From IMG/VR virus record IMGVR_UViG_3300011547_000001: DNA of 64,000 bases, one strand, 5' to 3'. The first letter of the stretch is position 1. Each line of letters opens with the position of its first letter. This stretch comes from an uncultured virus (IMG/VR IMGVR_UViG_3300011547_000001). Lineage: Duplodnaviria; Heunggongvirae; Uroviricota; Caudoviricetes. A model generated the notes under the pieces. The model was not told the DNA's origin. It was given only the letters and a program-made list of their open reading frames with translations, and made no database searches. A program made the position numbers and the translations under genes. Of the stretch, positions 41,024 to 49,591 are shown one piece after another.

Positions 41024-41341
41024 CTAGTAATGAAGTTCGATGATAACCAGGGGGAGCGTCATTTTGAACCCTTTCAGGAAAACAACAACCCCTGGCACCT
41101 CTGTAACATAAGCCTTCTCAGGACGACCATGGAAGTGTTCATTGAGCAGGACATCAGTGAGCCCTGGCAGTTCTTCCCAGGGAGTATCGTCGTCGGTATC
41201 CATCATCGCCAGAACGTGCTCTTTGAGGACATCCCGGCAGCGCGCAAATGATAAATCTGCGGCCATTGAATCATCGACGAAGTGCTCAACCAACAAACCC
41301 GCTACCCGCTCGTAATCAATGGCTAGATTGTATCCGCGCAT
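41024..41341 (-). CDS. Hypothetical protein
   Basis: ATG at 41341, 4 nt after the upstream stop. Confidence 0.6.
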   Translation of the reverse strand: MRGYNLAIDYERVAGLLVEHFVDDSMAADLSFARCRDVLKEHVLAMMDTDDDTPWEELPGLTDVLLNEHFHGRPEKAYVTEVPGVVVFLKGFKMTLPLVIIELHY

Positions 41342-41345
41342 GCTT

Positions 41346-41675
41346 TTACTCGGTGTATTCGAAGATGAACGTCGCAGTGCCGCTGGTAACACGGCAGTTG
41401 ATTACCGCAATGGTGTCACAGTTGGCGACAGTACTCTGCAAGATCAGGAGGGTCTCGGCGTAGTCCCTGGCCAACTTCTCGTTCATTTCGGGGATGGGGT
41501 GGGTGAACTTCACCGCGGTCGGGAAGAACATCTGCGAGCAGTCAACACCGCAGGTCTCGAACATCGCGCGGTAGACCCCGATGAACTCAGGAACATCCGT
41601 CTGAGCAGGCAGCTGTACGACGTGCGTGAAGAGCTTCTTTTCAGGGGAAGGTGTTGGGGGAATCGGGTTGTTCAT
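41346..41675 (-). CDS. Hypothetical protein
   Basis: 109 aa, GGAG RBS. Confidence 0.65.
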   Translation of the reverse strand: MNNPIPPTPSPEKKLFTHVVQLPAQTDVPEFIGVYRAMFETCGVDCSQMFFPTAVKFTHPIPEMNEKLARDYAETLLILQSTVANCDTIAVINCRVTSGTATFIFEYTE

Positions 41676-41985
41676 CGTCCAGCTCCAGGATGATCGTTGT
41701 AGGGTGAATGGTCCAATGCATTAGTCGGCCAGTTAAAGAAGCCTGACGAACATGATTGGCGATTTCATTCAGTTGCTGAAGACCCTCTCGAATCATGGTG
41801 GCGACTGCGAAAGGTTCCATGTCCATTTCGGACTGGATGAATTCAGCGGTGATGTCAGACATGGGGTCGTTTTGACGCCAGTACATCACCATAACCGAAA
41901 GCGTGTCCATCGTTTTTTCTTCGGTGAACCCGCAGCGTTTGAACAAGGCTGGGAGGCTTCCGAGTGAAATGCCAGCGGTTGACAT
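41641..41985 (-). CDS. Hypothetical protein
   Basis: 114 aa, GAGGAGG RBS. Confidence 0.65.
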   Translation of the reverse strand: MSTAGISLGSLPALFKRCGFTEEKTMDTLSVMVMYWRQNDPMSDITAEFIQSEMDMEPFAVATMIREGLQQLNEIANHVRQASLTGRLMHWTIHPTTIILELDDEQPDSPNTFP

Positions 41986-41987
41986 CG

Positions 41988-42419
41988 TTATTCCTCCTCT
42001 TCTTCATCTGGTCTATCGAGATCCCTCACGTCGTAAGCAACCAACACATGACAATTGGGAAGGATCTTGTAACCAAATGGGAATTCAGGTTCTTGATACG
42101 TGAACAGCCATTTTGTCATCAAATGAATCGAAGAGACTGCATCTTGTTGAATGTCCCAGAGATCGTCTTTGGACAAGTACCAGCGGCTCAGACGACCGTT
42201 GGTGCGGCGGTTGTTAACCCACTCGCCTTTAGGACCAGCCCAGTTTGCCAGGGCTGACTCGTATACTTCGTATGCGATATCGTCGTACACACTTACAGGT
42301 TTGACGATACAACACTCTTCGACGTCTTTTCTAAGCGTCTTTAATACGTGTCCCAAGTCGATCTGATAGTAGCGGTATTCTCCGCTCAGGCCGTGTCGTA
42401 ACAGCGTTAAGGTATTCAT
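41988..42419 (-). CDS. Hypothetical protein
   Basis: 143 aa with an acidic tail. Confidence 0.6.
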   Translation of the reverse strand: MNTLTLLRHGLSGEYRYYQIDLGHVLKTLRKDVEECCIVKPVSVYDDIAYEVYESALANWAGPKGEWVNNRRTNGRLSRWYLSKDDLWDIQQDAVSSIHLMTKWLFTYQEPEFPFGYKILPNCHVLVAYDVRDLDRPDEEEEE

Positions 42420-42852
42420 TAAGCGTGTCCTGGTCGGGATGGTCGCTTACCGTGTCTACGATTTTTTCTTTCTGTTTGCGAGGACGGGCTACCGGTTTGA
42501 ACTTACGAATCGTCCCCTCAAAATCCATGTTGACAAGTGCGCGGTGGAAGTTGCCCCCGATCTTTTTGAACTCGAGCTTTACCAACAAACGAGAGTCCCA
42601 CCCCAGCTCCCTGGATCTCTCTTTGATGTGCTCGGCGTAACGTAACATAAGCTGGTCCGGCTGGATCATGTCATAGCTACTCAACATAATCTCAATCAGC
42701 GGATCCAGAATTTCCCTTTTGCGGTGTGGTTCATTTACGATTTCTACTGCCACCTCGATCATGCGGGCGACCAGCTCTTCACGTGCAGCCAGTTCGAGTT
42801 TCGTCCCCATGACCAGGTCTTTGGCAAGTCCCTTGACGTCAAATGAAATCAC
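42331..42852 (-). CDS. Hypothetical protein
   Basis: 173 aa, GTG start after AAGGGA. Confidence 0.6.
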   Translation of the reverse strand: MISFDVKGLAKDLVMGTKLELAAREELVARMIEVAVEIVNEPHRKREILDPLIEIMLSSYDMIQPDQLMLRYAEHIKERSRELGWDSRLLVKLEFKKIGGNFHRALVNMDFEGTIRKFKPVARPRKQKEKIVDTVSDHPDQDTLNEYLNAVTTRPERRIPLLSDRLGTRIKDA

Positions 42853-42862
42853 GTCCCTTTCC

Positions 42863-43162
42863 TCAGTAATCGAAGGTCAAAATGTAAAGTTTACTCGGAT
42901 GACCAATAGGCTTGATCGTGACCTTGGCATTTCTGGGAATGCCTAACGTCTCGCCCGCCACTAGATCCCGAAGCCCTTGGAAGTCGTAGCCATACATCTT
43001 CCGCCAGGTGGTACCAAAGGTAACGAAGTCATTGAAGCCTTCGTCTTGGAGAACTGCAATCAAGTCAAGAGCGCCTACGCCGCGTTCTAAGACCTTTTCC
43101 TCCAACCCAATGGGTAGCCCTATCCTGAACCCTTTCAAATCAATAGAGCACGATTTAGACAC
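42863..43162 (-). CDS. Hypothetical protein
   Basis: 99 aa, first gene of the small-gene operon after phuZ. Confidence 0.55.
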   Translation of the reverse strand: MSKSCSIDLKGFRIGLPIGLEEKVLERGVGALDLIAVLQDEGFNDFVTFGTTWRKMYGYDFQGLRDLVAGETLGIPRNAKVTIKPIGHPSKLYILTFDY

Positions 43163-43290
43163 CTTCTTGCCCCCTTCTGAAAACGTGAATGTCCTATAGA
43201 TGTGTTTGTCTGTAAAAAGACATTCGGAAAAAAGCGTAATAGACCCTTAGAGCACCGAGGATCGCTCCCCGGCACCCTAAGGTAATCTAC

Positions 43291-44331
43291 TTAGCCGAAG
43301 CTAATACCATTGCCATCAGCCGCTTTGGAAGCGGTAGCCACTTTCTGCTGACTGAAGGCATTGGCCGATGCGGTTTTCTTTTGTTCCAGCTCGGCGATCT
43401 GACCTTCCAGAGCGCGCAGGCCGTCACCGTGGTCCAGGGCCATGTGCAGCTCGGTCATGTTGGACGGACGGTTGTCGTTGGCTGGGAACACGCCTGGGGA
43501 GCGTACGCCGGCGCCTTCGAAGCGGGAGACGATCGAGTCCTTGCTCACGAACAGGGACGCCACGGCAACCGGTGGGCGTTCCTTGAACTGAGGTGGGAAC
43601 GGAGCGGCATCGGGGCCTTCGCTGAAGATGCGCTGATCGTGGAAGGTGATACGGGACAGTGCCGGGGCGATGTCGTACTTGGAGTACTCGACCAGGTTCT
43701 GGAAGTCCGAGAAGTCCATCTCGCCGTTGGCCTCGGTCATGAACAGGCTGAGCAGGTCCGCCTTGGAAACGACGGTCTTGTTCATCTCGCCGCGGGTCAG
43801 CTTCGGATCGTTCCACATCTCGATGTACGGAACCGGCTTGCCCAGGACTTCAGGTTTGACCTGAGCCGAGAACCAGGTCAGGGTGTTCACGCTGTTGCGG
43901 AAGGAGACCAGATCGCCCTTCTCACCGATGAAGATGCAGACCGCGGTCTTGTCTTGCTTCTTCAACCAACGGAAGGTCAGCAGGGCGAGCAGCGAACCCG
44001 AACCACCGGCCAGGTTGCAGACGACGACGTTGTACAGCGAAGCGCCGAAGCGTGGCAGGACTTCGTCGACGAAAGGCTGGGCGGCCTCGTAGTTGGCCGA
44101 CTGGATCTTGCCGGAGCCTTTGGCGACCTGGGTTGGATCGCTCGGCAGCTTGATACGAGCTACTTCGAAACCGCTGGCAGGTTGGTTGGCGTTGGAGGCA
44201 TCCAGGCCGACGAAGCGGGCGTCTTTGTTGTAGGTACTGATGGCGTGTTGTTTGATCGCGTCAGCGATGTTGATACCAGTACCGCCGCAGACCCAGTAAG
44301 TAACTTCAGGGAGTTGTTGAACGTTGGACAT
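43291..44331 (-). CDS. phuZ: PhuZ phage tubulin (FtsZ/tubulin family GTPase)
   Basis: VCGGTGINI, GSGK, signature LAGGSGS, T7-loop-like EMDFSD; 346 aa. Confidence 0.92.
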   Translation of the reverse strand: MSNVQQLPEVTYWVCGGTGINIADAIKQHAISTYNKDARFVGLDASNANQPASGFEVARIKLPSDPTQVAKGSGKIQSANYEAAQPFVDEVLPRFGASLYNVVVCNLAGGSGSLLALLTFRWLKKQDKTAVCIFIGEKGDLVSFRNSVNTLTWFSAQVKPEVLGKPVPYIEMWNDPKLTRGEMNKTVVSKADLLSLFMTEANGEMDFSDFQNLVEYSKYDIAPALSRITFHDQRIFSEGPDAAPFPPQFKERPPVAVASLFVSKDSIVSRFEGAGVRSPGVFPANDNRPSNMTELHMALDHGDGLRALEGQIAELEQKKTASANAFSQQKVATASKAADGNGISFG

Positions 44332-44402
44332 GTAGTGCCTCTCTTTTGACTTACTGTTGAGAATTTAAGCAACCCGAAATATCGTTTCAGATTACAAACG
44401 GG

Positions 44403-44414
44403 TGATGTAGGTTT
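44403..44414 (-). promoter_or_regulatory. Early-promoter-like motif for phuZ
   Basis: tgatgtaggttt (AAACCTACATCA on minus). Confidence 0.65.
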
Positions 44415-44456
44415 GAAATATTCTTCCACCACCTTAAAAATTCAAACTCGGAAAAT

Positions 44457-44866
44457 AACCTCCCGCCAAAACAGCGGGAGGGTTTCCGGAGAAACTAAGC
44501 ACCTGATGAAGAAAACCTGCCTGAACGGAGGGAGGACCAACAACCCACCGTACCACGCACCCCTGGGAAACCTAACCAAAGGAAACCAGAAGTCGTAAGC
44601 AAGTATAAGATATGGTCCAGCCAAAAATAAAAAGTGCGGTATAAAAACCCGCTCGCCGCCAAGCAGCACAATGGCAGCCGGCGGCGAGCGGGGCCCAGCA
44701 TGGTGATGTTTTTGCCGAACGAGGTCGGCGACAGCGCTGCGCTATGGTTACGGGACACGCTGCACTGCGCCGCAAGGGAAATCACCGAACCCTTGCAGCA
44801 GGACCACCAGCACCAGATCGAAGGAGATGCAAACTCACGAGTTCACATACAATGGCGTTGGTATGT
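44457..44866 (-). ncRNA. Candidate structured non-coding RNA region (one or two RNAs)
   Basis: About 410 nt without a credible ORF. Several stems have G-U pairs favouring the minus strand, and there are two terminator-like hairpins. Confidence 0.4.
44643..44692 (-). terminator. Canonical intrinsic terminator (13-bp GC stem plus T tract on minus)
   Basis: cccgctcgccgcc ... ggcggcgagcggg followed by TTTTT on the minus strand. Confidence 0.75.
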
Positions 44867-45511
44867 TTACGCAGGGGCGCCGACGTTGTCAGGTTCGGTT
44901 TCCCGTTTGTGCTCGATGTCTTTCTTCGCGTCTTCGTTCCCGTTACCGGAAGGTGCGGGCTCTTCAGGTTTCTTTTCCGGCTCTGGTTCTGGCGGACGAA
45001 CCGACAGGACTTCCGGAACACCTGGGAACTCGAAGATCTGCAGCGCACCACCGGAACCCACGTCGAGTTTGATGGCGGCCTTCACGGCAGTACGGGCATC
45101 ACGACCGATAGAGAGAACCCCCAGGGCGAAGTCGGTGCCGGAGCCCATGGCGATCGGAGGCAGCATGGGGAGCAGGGCAGTGCGTTCGCGGTTCTGGTGT
45201 TTGTCCTTGGAAACACGCCACACGAAGCTTTGGCCTTTCTCGTCGATGACGATGGCGTGGAACATGATCTGGTTGTTGTCGTCGAAGCGGGTCTTGTACG
45301 TGATGTCTTTCTGGAGCTTTTCCTTCACGTAGTCGATGGCCGAAGCCTCACCCGCCAGCGCGAACGCCACGACCTTGATCCCGTTGATGCTCCAGAACTC
45401 ATGTTCCTCGGGAGTATGGATTTTGCGGAAGGGCGCAAGCTGAGCGGTATCCATGGTCGTCACTTGCGAATCGCTGACCAGCTCTTTGCCATCCCAGACT
45501 ATGGTAGTCAT
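44867..45511 (-). CDS. HslV/proteasome-beta-like Ntn-hydrolase (threonine protease)
   Basis: M-TTIVWDG..LVSDSQVT N-terminal Thr nucleophile, AMGSG, DVGSGG. AAGGA RBS and early motif at 45588-45599. Confidence 0.75.
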   Translation of the reverse strand: MTTIVWDGKELVSDSQVTTMDTAQLAPFRKIHTPEEHEFWSINGIKVVAFALAGEASAIDYVKEKLQKDITYKTRFDDNNQIMFHAIVIDEKGQSFVWRVSKDKHQNRERTALLPMLPPIAMGSGTDFALGVLSIGRDARTAVKAAIKLDVGSGGALQIFEFPGVPEVLSVRPPEPEPEKKPEEPAPSGNGNEDAKKDIEHKRETEPDNVGAPA

Positions 45512-45622
45512 GTTGTCATTTTCCTTCTCGAGAAGTTTTGTTACGTGGTGGAATTCCATAAGAATATCTTTGGAGTACTCAAACAAATAATTTAGGTTTG
45601 AAAAATTCCTTTCTGTTTACCT

Positions 45623-45749
45623 CGCGTGCGCGATTATTAAGATATATTAAGTAATATAAATTTATTATAAATAATAAATTTAAAAGCAATAAGGATAATC
45701 TATATATAAATATATAGATTCTTTAGCGTGTGGTGCGCACGCGCACGCG
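45623..45749. other. AT-rich palindromic element flanked by a GC inverted repeat (origin candidate)
   Basis: cgcgtgcgcg ... cgcgcacgcg encloses a nearly pure A/T tract containing two internal palindromes. Confidence 0.45.
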
Positions 45750-46087
45750 GAATAGAGAAGGGAAACTTTTTCTTAAGAATTTTTCTTTTTGAATTTACCT
45801 TTCCAAAAATTGTTCCCGAAGGGATTAGCCTAAAGGCAAATTTAAAAACCCCGGCCGCCGCCCCGCGGCCAAAATCGATTATAACCCGCCGCTTCGCTCG
45901 TTACCCAAACGTTCTACCCTCAAGGTATCCTACCCTACGTCGTACCCATCAAAACGCGTTATACGCGATTATAGAGCGTCGACTTACTCGAGCCTTAAAT
46001 CGTCACCAGGGATGCTATAGGCTCTTACTGGAACAGGGGATTTAAAGACCCTCGAGGAGATCAAATGAACAGGCTTAGCGCCCCTCC

Positions 46088-46900
46088 CTATCGGGAAGGA
46101 CGCTTGGGCATGGGCTTCATCTCCATGAGTTCTTTCAGTACCTCTGACGGAATCCCGCCACCGAGTTCAACGACCTCTTCAGGTGTCGCAAACACCCAAG
46201 AACAGTGTTTGTGTTCCCTGATCTTGCCTAAACAACATCGATTGATGGACGTTTGAATGAACCCTAGCGCGAGCTGTTCTTTCCGTCCGCTAAGTATGAA
46301 TTCAAATCCCTTGTAATTACCACGAAGAACCTTTCCTTTGGCGGGCTTCGTTCTGGAGTTGCTGTTGCCTGATGCGATAACGTTTAAACCAGTAGTTATT
46401 GCGTGGCTCACATTTCCAGAATGAGTGGCCCATTCAAGATTACTAATCTCGATATTTAATTTATCTCCGTCCTTGTGATTAACCTGTAAATCCTTTGGGT
46501 GACTGAGCCCTAGTTCGCCCAACGGCATGAACGAGCAGGCGAGTGCTCGGTGCACCATGAGTCTTTGCGCGCCTTTATCGGTGACGACGGTATGCCAATA
46601 GTTGGCGCTAATCCAATTGGAGTGGATGAAGGGTTCTTTCTTGCGGAGATGGCCGACACGACCTTTGTTGCTGATGAAGTACTTGTAGGGCTTAACAAGT
46701 ACGTCGCTACGTTTACGCATGAACGGTTCGTATTTGTAATAGACTAATGGCACCCAGACCTCGTAATCTGGGTTTTCTGTTGTTTTCTTTTTCAGCGCCT
46801 CACTTAAGACGGTTAGGTTGAACGGGTATGTTGGTGCATGGTAAACCAATAACTCGTCCTTCGTCAAAAGGTCTTCCAAAGTGTTGCCGAGTAGGTTCAT
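46088..46900 (-). CDS. Free-standing HNH homing endonuclease (NUMOD4-HNH type)
   Basis: YFISNKGRV, VHRALACSF, QVNHKDGDKLNIEISNLEW. More AT-rich than core genes, with an early motif at 46931-46942. Confidence 0.88.
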   Translation of the reverse strand: MNLLGNTLEDLLTKDELLVYHAPTYPFNLTVLSEALKKKTTENPDYEVWVPLVYYKYEPFMRKRSDVLVKPYKYFISNKGRVGHLRKKEPFIHSNWISANYWHTVVTDKGAQRLMVHRALACSFMPLGELGLSHPKDLQVNHKDGDKLNIEISNLEWATHSGNVSHAITTGLNVIASGNSNSRTKPAKGKVLRGNYKGFEFILSGRKEQLALGFIQTSINRCCLGKIREHKHCSWVFATPEEVVELGGGIPSEVLKELMEMKPMPKRPSR

Positions 46901-46961
46901 AATCCGCTTCCTGTATGGTTACTGACAGGGTAATATAGGCTTAAACAATTGCAAAAATTAA

Positions 46962-47822
46962 GTGAGGTGTCCGTTGAATGCAGTAGACTACGCAATCAAC
47001 CGAGTGGTCGCCGGCTCGGAAATCAGCTCTTACATCCTGAAGTTGGCATTTGAAAACCCCAATGCTAACTACGCGGGTAACTGGTACAACCTGGTTAACC
47101 AAACCACGGTTGAGCAAGGCATTCGGGAGAAGATCATCTACCGCATGGTTCTGCCGGCTTGCAACATGGGAGGTGGTAAAACCGAATTTGTAGACCTGAG
47201 TGGTGCTCGGGTGGTTGACTTGGGTAACATGTGCATTGAGGTCAACGTACCCGATAGCACCACCGGTAACCGGAAGATCGTTTCGGTTACCGAGGTTTAC
47301 CTGGGCAGCATGCACTCGGCGACGGGTATGCTCGGGATGGCGATGAACGAAAACGCTACCTGTGGCCAGGGCACCATGACGGACATGATGCAGGGTTTGA
47401 TCGATGGCATGACGAGTAACCGTCAGTTCCCGATCACCTACACCAACATCCACATGAAGGGTAACAACTGCTTCGTGTTGTTTGGTGTTCCAGCGGGTAC
47501 TTACCAGTTGAGTGCCAAAGCGGTTCTGGAATACGACGAAGCCTTGAGCAGCATCAGCCCCCGTCACTACGAGTACTTTGCTGAGCTGGTGGAGTTGGCC
47601 GTGAAGGCTTACATCTTCAAGGAATGCCGCACCCCAGTGGCTGAAGCAGTTAAACGCAGTGGCATCCCACTCCAGGAGATCAAGGATGACATCTCTGAAT
47701 TCCGCGACGCCTGGACTCAGTACAAGGAATACCTGAACACCACCTGGCGGAAGTGCATGGCGTACAGCGACCGGCTGCTGGTGCAGAACACTGTGACCGC
47801 GTCGGTTCCACGCCGCATGTGA
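46962..47822 (+). CDS. Conserved hypothetical (probably late/virion) protein
   Basis: About 286 aa; the start may be the TTG at 46974 after GAGGT. Confidence 0.7.
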   Translation: MRCPLNAVDYAINRVVAGSEISSYILKLAFENPNANYAGNWYNLVNQTTVEQGIREKIIYRMVLPACNMGGGKTEFVDLSGARVVDLGNMCIEVNVPDSTTGNRKIVSVTEVYLGSMHSATGMLGMAMNENATCGQGTMTDMMQGLIDGMTSNRQFPITYTNIHMKGNNCFVLFGVPAGTYQLSAKAVLEYDEALSSISPRHYEYFAELVELAVKAYIFKECRTPVAEAVKRSGIPLQEIKDDISEFRDAWTQYKEYLNTTWRKCMAYSDRLLVQNTVTASVPRRM

Positions 47823-47832
47823 TGGAGTTCCC

Positions 47833-49239
47833 ATGAACGCATTTGTCAACAAGTTTGAATCAGACTTCTCGTTCTTCGAGGGTCTTGAGTCTCATGGCCA
47901 CAACAGCTACCTGGAACTCTTCCGGGATCTGGACCTGCGCCCACGGGACAAAGATGGCAACCCCATTGGCACGCGCGATGGGATGGAAGCCCTCCTCACT
48001 GGAGTGGACTTCGAAAGTAACGGGGCTATCCTCGAAGTGTGCGAACGCTTCGGTAAGTTCCTCGATATCGACGAACGCTGGGTAAACAAACTCAAGAAGT
48101 ACGTGTACAGTTTCACCACCCGTCGTGTTGGGATGGTGGACTACATGGACTTCTTCGGGAGCCCTTACCTGGGATTGCAGAAGATCACCTTTACCACTGC
48201 GGATCGAAACGAGTGGTTCACGGAGATCTTCGACGTCGACGAGACGGAACTCAAGGAAAACCTCCACAACTGTAAGGCGATCAACAAAGACTGGTCGGTT
48301 GTAGGCGACACTTTCAACTTGACCATTCCGTACCTGCTGTACCGGATTCACAAGTCCAGTCTGAGCCAAAAGCTCAAGCACCAAGCCTCGGTGGACGTGA
48401 TCTGTATGTACCACTACAAGTGCTTGACGTCCATCATCCACAACGACTATCCGTTCACGGCACGTCGTGAAGTGGTGCTGGAAACGTACAACCGCTTGAG
48501 CAACAAGTACGATATCAAGAAGTACAAGTCGTGGCGAGCGTTGATCATCGCCAGGGCTGAGTGGATTCTCGATCCCAAGACCGGGATTCACTACGAAGCG
48601 TTTACCACCATGAAAGACGACAAGAAAATCGTTTACATGGTGGGTGATATCCAGAACCGGTTGCGTCGGGCGATTAACGACATCAACAAGGTTTTCCACG
48701 ATGTGAAGAACAAAACCAACATCGTGTCGCTGGATGGGGCCAAGATCAAACTGGAAGACGAACTGAGCGTTAAGTCCGTCAACAAAGAGATCACCCAATA
48801 CACCATGTACCTCGATCGCATCCTCACCGAGGAAACCTCGTTCTATCGAGAAGAGTTGGTGAAGTATGCGTGTGAAGTCCTGGAGGCCGTTCCTTCTGAC
48901 AAGGTGGCCTACGTGGTGCAACGTTTCCCGGCGTTGTACAACAACCCGAAGAAACCGCAGTACAAGGAATTTGCCGACGCGGTGTTACTGCACCTGTTCG
49001 AATACATCCACGCAAACCAGTTGACGAAGACCAAGGTCTACGAAGTACTGGTCAAAATGCGTGGTGCGTACGGCGCTCCTCGCAGCAAGAACGATACCGT
49101 GAAAGTAATCCGTACTCTGGGTGATGCCCTGGTCCGGGAACAGACCGGTATTAAAACCCCACAGAAAGTCCAATTGATACGAACAGCCCTGAGTCTGTAC
49201 TTTGTTCTCCGCATCCTGGGCAAAGACTATCTCGGATAA
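47833..49239 (+). CDS. Conserved hypothetical (probably late/virion) protein
   Basis: 468 aa, GGAG RBS, N-terminal GLE and GME sites. Confidence 0.75.
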   Translation: MNAFVNKFESDFSFFEGLESHGHNSYLELFRDLDLRPRDKDGNPIGTRDGMEALLTGVDFESNGAILEVCERFGKFLDIDERWVNKLKKYVYSFTTRRVGMVDYMDFFGSPYLGLQKITFTTADRNEWFTEIFDVDETELKENLHNCKAINKDWSVVGDTFNLTIPYLLYRIHKSSLSQKLKHQASVDVICMYHYKCLTSIIHNDYPFTARREVVLETYNRLSNKYDIKKYKSWRALIIARAEWILDPKTGIHYEAFTTMKDDKKIVYMVGDIQNRLRRAINDINKVFHDVKNKTNIVSLDGAKIKLEDELSVKSVNKEITQYTMYLDRILTEETSFYREELVKYACEVLEAVPSDKVAYVVQRFPALYNNPKKPQYKEFADAVLLHLFEYIHANQLTKTKVYEVLVKMRGAYGAPRSKNDTVKVIRTLGDALVREQTGIKTPQKVQLIRTALSLYFVLRILGKDYLG

Positions 49240-49263
49240 CCCCCAACGTTTAAGGACAATCGC

Positions 49264-49542
49264 ATGAGCAACGATCTCAACTTCGAACAACTGGCCATTT
49301 CTGATCGCGCCCTGCTCGCCAAGACCACCCTCCCGGTCGGCGGCATTCCACAAGACGTACGTTTCGTGGCGCGGGTCGGTGAAGACAAGACCGCGGACTA
49401 CGACAACGCTCGTTACTACGCGAGTCCGCTGATCGCCCGTACTGCTTTCGAAGACCTCACCAAAGGTGTTGACCCCAACCCCAACTTCCAGGGCCGCACC
49501 CGCGACGAGCTGCAGACGTTCCTTTCCGCGAACACCAAGTAA
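49264..49542 (+). CDS. Small hypothetical protein
   Basis: 92 aa, AAGGA RBS, biased codons. Confidence 0.7.
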   Translation: MSNDLNFEQLAISDRALLAKTTLPVGGIPQDVRFVARVGEDKTADYDNARYYASPLIARTAFEDLTKGVDPNPNFQGRTRDELQTFLSANTK

Positions 49543-49553
49543 GCAGAACCGGT

Positions 49554-49587
49554 TATAACCCTCCAGCCTTGCGGCTGGAGGGTTATA
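49554..49587. terminator. 15-bp hairpin between convergent genes
   Basis: tataaccctccagcc-ttgc-ggctggagggttata. Confidence 0.8.
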
Positions 49588-49591
49588 GTCT

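Noticed and set aside
44500..44520. CTGATGA...GAAA resembling a hammerhead ribozyme core
   Set aside because: There is no stem II between the motifs and no matching stems I and III.
45728..46045. 105-aa plus-strand ORF in the AT-rich intergenic region
   Set aside because: GTG start without RBS and atypical composition; more likely non-coding.
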